A DNA stretch of 64,000 bases from the human T2T-CHM13v2.0 reference genome, Homo sapiens, in NCBI RefSeq assembly GCF_009914755.1, contig NC_060927.1. One strand, 5' to 3'. Made by a program: the position numbers and the translations under genes. Position 1 is the first letter of the stretch. Every line of letters begins with the position of its first letter. Shown here in pieces: positions 57,501 to 64,000 of the stretch. A model generated the notes under the pieces. That model did not search any database. It was given only the letters and a program-made list of their open reading frames with translations, and had not been told where the DNA came from.

Positions 57501-57569
57501 CATGTCTGGGAAACACTAAAAAAAACTTCAACCCAAACCAAATGAAACAAAAATCCAAAAAAAAAATGA

Positions 57570-57792
57570 CAGATGGCCAGTGGGTGAATAAAAACCCCAG
57601 CATCCTAACCCATCAGGTGGAATAATTCTGAAGTGTGTTCCACACTGTCCCTGAGTTCTCAGATGGTATTGAGACGTTTTTGTCCATAGGAATAATCTCC
57701 CTGATAACTCACTATATATATGTTTCCTTCCCTGCCCTGTCTCACTTCCCACTCCTCCTTTGGTCCTATTGAGCACAATAAACTATTTGTAC
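57570..57792 (+). mobile_element. LTR16-like ERVL LTR fragment
   Basis: ataattctgaagtgtgttccacactgtccctgagtt...cttccctgccctgtctcacttccc...aataaactatttgtact. Confidence 0.55.
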
Positions 57793-58292
57793 TTGTTGGG
57801 GCTCAGGACATACCACCCCAAAATATGAATGTGAGTAACCAGAACATGCCACCCCAAAATACACATCTTTAGCATATTTCGCACAGGTTATTTTGAGAAA
57901 CTGCAGATACAGGAGTAACTCCTAAAAGCTTCCCTTTTATAAAGAAAATTTGCAACTATAAAGTAAATCTGCATTAGTAAAGATATCTGCATTAGTAAAG
58001 ATATCTGCATCAGGAAGAGGGCTGCTCCAAGACAACTTTTCTTATCTGAGAGACTTTTTATCTGTATAATAAGACAGATTTTATTCACTATACATTTTCT
58101 CCCCTCAGCTTCCCATAACTTGTTTCTACCATTCTCCATAGACCCCAAGCCTTTATTCTTTGCTGAAATTCAGGATGCTATATAAGCTTTAATTATCTGA
58201 GCTTCTTTGGGTTTCATATTTTGTGGGATTTCCATGTGTATGCATGTAATTAAAATGGTTTTTCTCCTATCAACCTGTCTTATGTTGATTTA
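57793..58292 (+). mobile_element. MER34-family ERV1 LTR (3' end interrupted by L1)
   Basis: tgttggggctcaggacataccaccccaaaatatg...atgccaccccaaaata...ttattttgagaaactgcagatacagga. Confidence 0.8.
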
Positions 58293-58698
58293 TCTTTATT
58301 GTATTTATTTTTAAAAATTTATTTTCAATTATCATGTAATAATTGTACATATTTATGGGATACAGAGTAATATTTTGTTACATGTATACAATGTGATTAT
58401 AATCAGAGTAATTACCATATACATCACCTCAAAGTTTTATTATTTCTTTCTATTGGGACCATTGAAAATCCTCTCTTCTGGCTATTGGAGAATATATAAT
58501 CAGTTATTATTAACTGTAGTCACCCTACAGTGCTATAGAACACTATAACTTATTCCTCCTATTTAGCCATAACTTTATATCCATTAATCAGACTCTCCTT
58601 GTTCTCCCTTCCCCTCTACCCTTCATATTCTCTAATAACCACAATTCTCTTTTCTAATTCAGAACTCAACTTTTTTAGCTCCCACATATGAATGAGAC

Positions 58699-59095
58699 TT
58701 GGGGGAATGTTGAGGAGAAATAATTGCATTTTGCAATGTGAGAAGGACATGAAATTTGGGAGGGACCAGGGGAAGAATAATATGGTTTGGATTTGTGTCC
58801 CTGCCCAAATATCATGTCAAATTGTAATCTCCAATGTTGGAGGAGGGGTCTGGTGGAAGGTAATTAGGTCATGGATGTAAACTTCTCCCTTGCTATTCTC
58901 ATAATAGTGAGTTCTCATGAGATCTGGTTGTTTAAAAGTGTGTAACACCTCTCCCTTCTCTCTTTTCCTCCTGCTCCAGTTATGTAAAATGTGCCTCCTT
59001 CCTTTTTGCCTTCTGCCATGATTCTAAGTTTCCTAAGGCCTTCCTAGCCATGCTTCCTGTACAGTCTGTGAAACCATGAGTCAATTAGCCTCTTT
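58699..59095 (+). mobile_element. MST internal 3' end (with polypurine tract) plus 3'-truncated MSTA LTR
   Basis: gaaggacatgaaatttgggagggaccaggggaagaa then taatatggtttggatttgtgtccc...gagatctggttgtttaaaagtgtg...ccatgagtcaatta. Confidence 0.88.
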
Positions 59096-61149
59096 TTGTA
59101 TTGTAATGGAATTGTATTCTTAATTTCTTTTTCAGGTAGTTTGTTATTGGTGTATAAAAACAGTAGAAATTTTTGTATGTTGATTTTTTATCCTTCAACT
59201 TTGCTGAATTCATTTATTCATTCTAAGCATTTTTTCCTGATGAGGGCTTTAGGCCTTTTTATGTATGAGATTATGTCATCCACAAAGAGAGACAATTTGA
59301 CTTCCTTTTTTTGCAATTTAGATGTTATTTCTTTTCTTTTGTCTTGTTGAATTGGCTAGAACTTTCAGTACTATGTTGAATAAGATTGGTGAAAGTGGAC
59401 ATCCTTGTCTTTTTCCATTCCAGTTTCATTCAGTATGATGTTAGCTTTGAGTTTGTCATATATAACCTTTATAGTGTTGAGGTATGTTCCTTCTATAACT
59501 ACTCTGTTTAGAATTTTTATTATGAAGGGATGTTGAATTTTATAAAATGATTTTTTTCTGCATCTATTGAGATGATCACATTTTTTTTGTTCTTCATTTT
59601 GTTGATATGATAGATTGCATTTATTGATTTGTATATGTTAAGTCATCTTTGTATATGTTAAGTCATCTTTGTATCCCTGGGATAAACCCCATTTGACCAT
59701 GATGTATTATCTTTCTGTTGTGCTGCTAGAGTCAGTTTGCTAACATTTTTTTTGAGAATTTTTGAGTCTGTTTTCATTAGGGCTATTGGTCTGCAGTTTT
59801 CTTTTTTGTGTGTCCTTGTCTGTTTTTGGTATTAGGATAATGCTGGCCTCATAGAATGAGTTAGAAAGAATTCCCCCTTCAACTTTTTGGAATAGTTTGA
59901 GAGGAATTTGTTTTAGTTCTTTCAAAGTTTGGTAGAATCAGTAGTAAATTTATTTGGTTGTGGGCTTTTTTTGTTTTTTAAATTGGGAGACTTTTTATCA
60001 CTAATTTAATCTTGTTACTCATTATTAGTAAACTCAGATTTTCTGTATCTTCCTGGTTCCATCTTTGTAGGTTATATATGTCCAGAAATTTATCTATTTC
60101 CCCTATGTTTTTCAACTTGTTGACAGTTTTTTCATAAACATTTCTAATTATCCTTCTTATTTCTGTGGTATAAGTTGTTCTTTCCTCGTCTTTTTAATTT
60201 TTGATTTTATCTATTTGGGTCTTCTCTCTTATTTTCTTAGTTAGTGTAGCTAGTTATTTGTCAATTTTGTTTATTTTCACAAAAAACAATTTTTTCATTG
60301 ATGTTTTGTATTTTTTAGTTTCAATTTAAAAATTCTGCTCTAATTTTTATTTCTTTTTTTTCTACTAATTTTGGATTTGGTTTGTTCTTGTTTTCTGGTT
60401 CTCTGAGCTACATGATTAGGTTGTTTTTTTGAAATCTATCTACTTCTTTAATATAGGCGTTTATTGCTATAAACTTCTCTCTTGGCACTGCTTTTGCTGT
60501 ATCCCATAGGTTTTGGCATGTTGTGTTTTAATTTTCATTTGTTTCAAGAAATTCTTAAATTCCCTTCTTATTCATCAACTTAGTAGTCATTCAGGAGTCT
60601 GTTTTTAAATGTATATGTATTTATATGTTTCCAAAGTTTCTCTTTTTATTAATTTCTAGAATTTTTCCATTTTGGTCTGAGAAAATAATTGCTATGATTT
60701 TGATTAAAATTTTTTTTGAGACTCATTTTTAGCTCTAATGTATGGCCTTTCCAATATCCCATGTGCTGATTAGAAGAATGTGTATTCTGCAGCTGTTTGA
60801 TGAAATGTCCTGTAAATGTCTATTAGATCATAATGGAGTATAGTGCAGTTTAAATTGATGTCTCTATGTTGATTTTTTGTCTATATGACTTGTTCACTGC
60901 TGGGAGTAGGATGTTGAAGTTCCCAAATTTTATTTTATTAGGCCTTATCACTCTCTCTAGCTCTGATAATATTTGCTTTGCATATCTGGCTGCTCTGGTG
61001 TTGAGTGCATATATCTTTATAATTATATCCTCTTGCTGAATTGATTTTTAAATCATTATATAATAATATTTTTGTCATTTTTTGTGTTTTTTAAATTAAA
61101 TCATTTTATGATAATATTTTTGCCACTTTTTGTCTTTTTTAAATTTATT

Positions 61150-61293
61150 TTTTAAAGTTTTTATTTTTATGAAAAATAGAGAGGGGGTCTCACTCTGTTG
61201 CCCAGGGTGGCCTTGAACTCCTGGGCTTAAGAGATCTATCCACCTCAGCCACCCAAAATGCTAGATTACAGGCATAAGTTACCATGCCTAGCC
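61150..61293 (-). mobile_element. FLAM-like Alu monomer in L1
   Basis: gggtctcactctgttgcccagg...gaactcctgggcttaag...gattacaggcataag. Confidence 0.88.
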
Positions 61294-64000
61294 TATTTTT
61301 ATGTTATTTGACATAAGATATATTTTGTTTACCATGAGTAACACTACTTCTGCTCACCTTTGCTCTTCATTTGCATGGAATATCTGTTTGTATTTCTTTA
61401 CTTTCTATTTCTGTGTCTTCACAGGTAAAGTGAGTTTCTTGTAGGCAACATATAGTTGGGTCTTGTTATTTTTTATTCATTCAGCCAGTCTATATCTTTT
61501 GATTGGGGAATTTAAGTCATTTACATTCAAGGTTATTATTGATAGGTGAGGACTTACTCCTGTAATTTTGTTGTTTTCTGGTTGTTTTGTGTATAGTCAT
61601 TTCTTTATTCCTCTCTTATTGCTTATCTTTGAGGTTTGGTGGTTTTCTGTAGTGATAGTTTGATTCCTTTCCCTTTGTCATTTGTGCATTACACCTACCA
61701 GTGAGTTTTTAGTTTTGTGTGTTTCATGGTGGTAGATATCGTCTCTTCATTTCTAAATGTTACTCTTTTAGCATTTCTTCTAGGGCTGGTCTAGTGGTGA
61801 TGAATTTTCTTAGTATTTGCTTGTCTGGGAAGGACTTTATTTCTTCTTTATTTCTGAAGGATAACTATGGTGGGTATAGTATTTTTGTCTGACAGCTTTT
61901 TTTTTCTTTCAGCTGTTTTGAATATATGATTTCATTCTCGACTGCCCTGTAAGGTTTCTGCTAATATAACTGCTATTAGTCTGATAGGATAACTTATGTA
62001 TGACTTTACACTTTGCTATTGCTGTTTTTAGAGTTCTCTGTTTGTCTTTTGACAATTTGACTGTAATGTACAAGTTTTCTAAGTTGAATCCACAAGAGAG
62101 TCTTTGAGTTTCTTGTATCTGGATGTCTGTATCTCTCCCAACCTACTTGGGAATCTTTGAGTTTCTTGCATCTGGATGTCCATATTTCTCCCAAGATTTG
62201 GGAATTTTTCAGCTATTGTTTTATTAAACAGGTTTTTTTTTTTGCTTTTTAATAACCTTTCCTTTTGTAATTCTCATAATGTGAATATTTGTTCACTTAA
62301 TGGTATTCCATATGTCCTGAAGGCTTTCTTTTCATTCTCTTTTTTCTTTTGTCTGACTGGGTTATTTCAAAAGACCTGTTTTTATGTTCGGAAGTTCTTT
62401 TTTCTGCTTGATCTAGTTTATTGTCAAAGCTCTCAATTGTATTTTTAAATTTCATTCACTGAATTTTTCAGCTACACTCTTTCTGTTTGGTTCTTTTTTT
62501 TTAAATGATGTCTACGTCTGCTGAATTTCTAGTTCAGGCTATAAAGTGTTTTTCTGATTTTGTTGCATTGCCTGCATTCTCTTGTATCTTGCTGAGTTTC
62601 CTTAAGTTTATTCTTTTGAATTCCTTTTCAGGCATTTCATAAATTTTCTTTTCTTTGGGGTCTGTTATTAGATAATTATTGTGTTACTTTAGAGATAATA
62701 TGTTTCTTTGATTTTTAAATGTTTCTTGTGTCCTTTTGTTGATATCTGTGTATCTGGTTGAAACAATCACTTCTACCGATTTTATGGAATAGCTTTCATA
62801 GGGAAAGATTTTTTTCTTGTAGATGTTTCCTACAGTGTCATTTGAGTAGAGTGCTTTGACATTGGTTCTGGCTGGGCAAAATAGTGTATTCTCCATATTA
62901 TTTCTTCAACTGTAATCAATGTCAACAGTGTCTGTGAGTTTCTCAGTGGCCTAGGCTGTGGTTGTTTGTAAAAGCTGTGATGTAGCTTTATTGGAGATGA
63001 GGACACTGGGCAGGCAGGTCCTCAGAACCTATGGGGGAGTTTGCATGTTTATGGTGGCTTTGCTGCTGGAGGAGGTGGGGTTGCCAGTTTCAGTGTGTTC
63101 CAGGTATTCCTGTCCTCAGGCCCCTGGGAAATTGCTCATGGGCACACAGCTGTTCTGCGGCTGGATGGGGTGCGAATGCTGGTGGCAGCTGTTAACCCAG
63201 ATCCTTGGGTTCTTAGCGGGGCTTGCATGGCATGTGGCTGCTTCCATTGCTGGAGAGGGCAGGGTCAGAGGCAGTAGCAGTGGGGCCCGGGCAGATGGCT
63301 CTCAGGCTATGGGGAGTCCACACATTAGCTTTCTCTGTATTGGGGGCAGCCTTCCTGATGGGCTAGACCACCTGTTCCTTGGGGTGTGGGGAGATACACA
63401 GGCTCATCTGGCATGGTCATGGCTGTACCACTGGGTTCAGCTGGTGTTGCAACCCTGCAGCCATCTGGGTGGATATTGGTGGATATCAGTGGGGTTCCAG
63501 GGACGTGGAGATGCAGGGGCTATTGGTCTCCAGAGCAGGATGCACTCCGGTGGTGGCCCTGCTTTCAAAATTGTCCTGTGTTACAGCACTCTGAATCCCG
63601 GGGAATAGAGGATTTTCAGAGGGAATTCTTCTGTAGAATAATGCAGTATTGTGGACTCCAGGTAGTTCTTTATACTCAGTTCCGTGCTTGTGAGGACTAT
63701 GAGGCTCTCCTGTAGCCTGGATTGCAGGCATCCATGATGAAAGTGTGGACTTTTAGACCTACTTTTTTCTTAAAATGGGAAGACCCTATTGGCTTTGAAT
63801 TGATATCATCTGGGTGCTTTGCTTACCTCTTTATAATGCCTTTCTGAGTTTCTATACCTCAGAGGGCCTTTATCACTTATTGGCTGAATTCCAGTGTTGT
63901 TCCTTAGGGGAACACCTATTCAATATGTGGCTATTTATTTGTTCTTTGGGTCCTTCTTTGTGGAGGAGGTGACTGCTGAGTGCCTACGGTCAGTCATTTT

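Larger units (their letters stand above)
58295..64000 (-). mobile_element. Near full-length old L1MA-type element (3' end 58295-58698; ORF2/ORF1 59096-~62950; GC-richer 5' UTR to window end), degenerate
   Basis: L1MA 3' motifs; ORF2 fragment [26 protein letters not shown]; ORF1 antisense motifs; accounts for the 62958-63731 ORFs. Confidence 0.88.

Noticed and set aside
62958-63731. Longest ORF (216 aa) and overlapping ORFs
   Set aside because: They lie in the GC-richer 5' UTR of an old L1; the 216-aa ORF has a non-ATG start and no recognisable domain

Overview
AT-rich, repeat-dense primate (very likely human) intergenic or intronic DNA. I find no convincing multi-exon protein-coding gene, no RNA genes, and nothing prokaryotic (no CRISPR). 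The one clear gene-derived feature is a young, full-length processed copy of RPL23A on the - strand (27833-28378). It has an intact 156-codon ORF, a 15-bp TSD at a canonical L1 endonuclease site, and an extra in-frame ATG supplied by the TSD. From memory this resembles RPL23AP42 at 3q26.1, which I cannot verify. The rest is mostly Alu/FLAM, L1, L2, MIR, MaLR/ERV solo LTRs (including a MER11 with 6-bp TSD), hAT/Tigger DNA transposons and microsatellites, often nested. The most notable extras are an orphan CpG-rich polyadenylated insert and a 37-bp palindrome inside an old L1, a 1.5-kb fossil hAT transposase, a short Alu variant inserted as a unit, a twin-primed L1, a strong CTCF motif and candidate + strand exons. 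I cannot support a new biological system here. Repeat family names come from recalled consensus sequences, and boundaries without TSDs are approximate.
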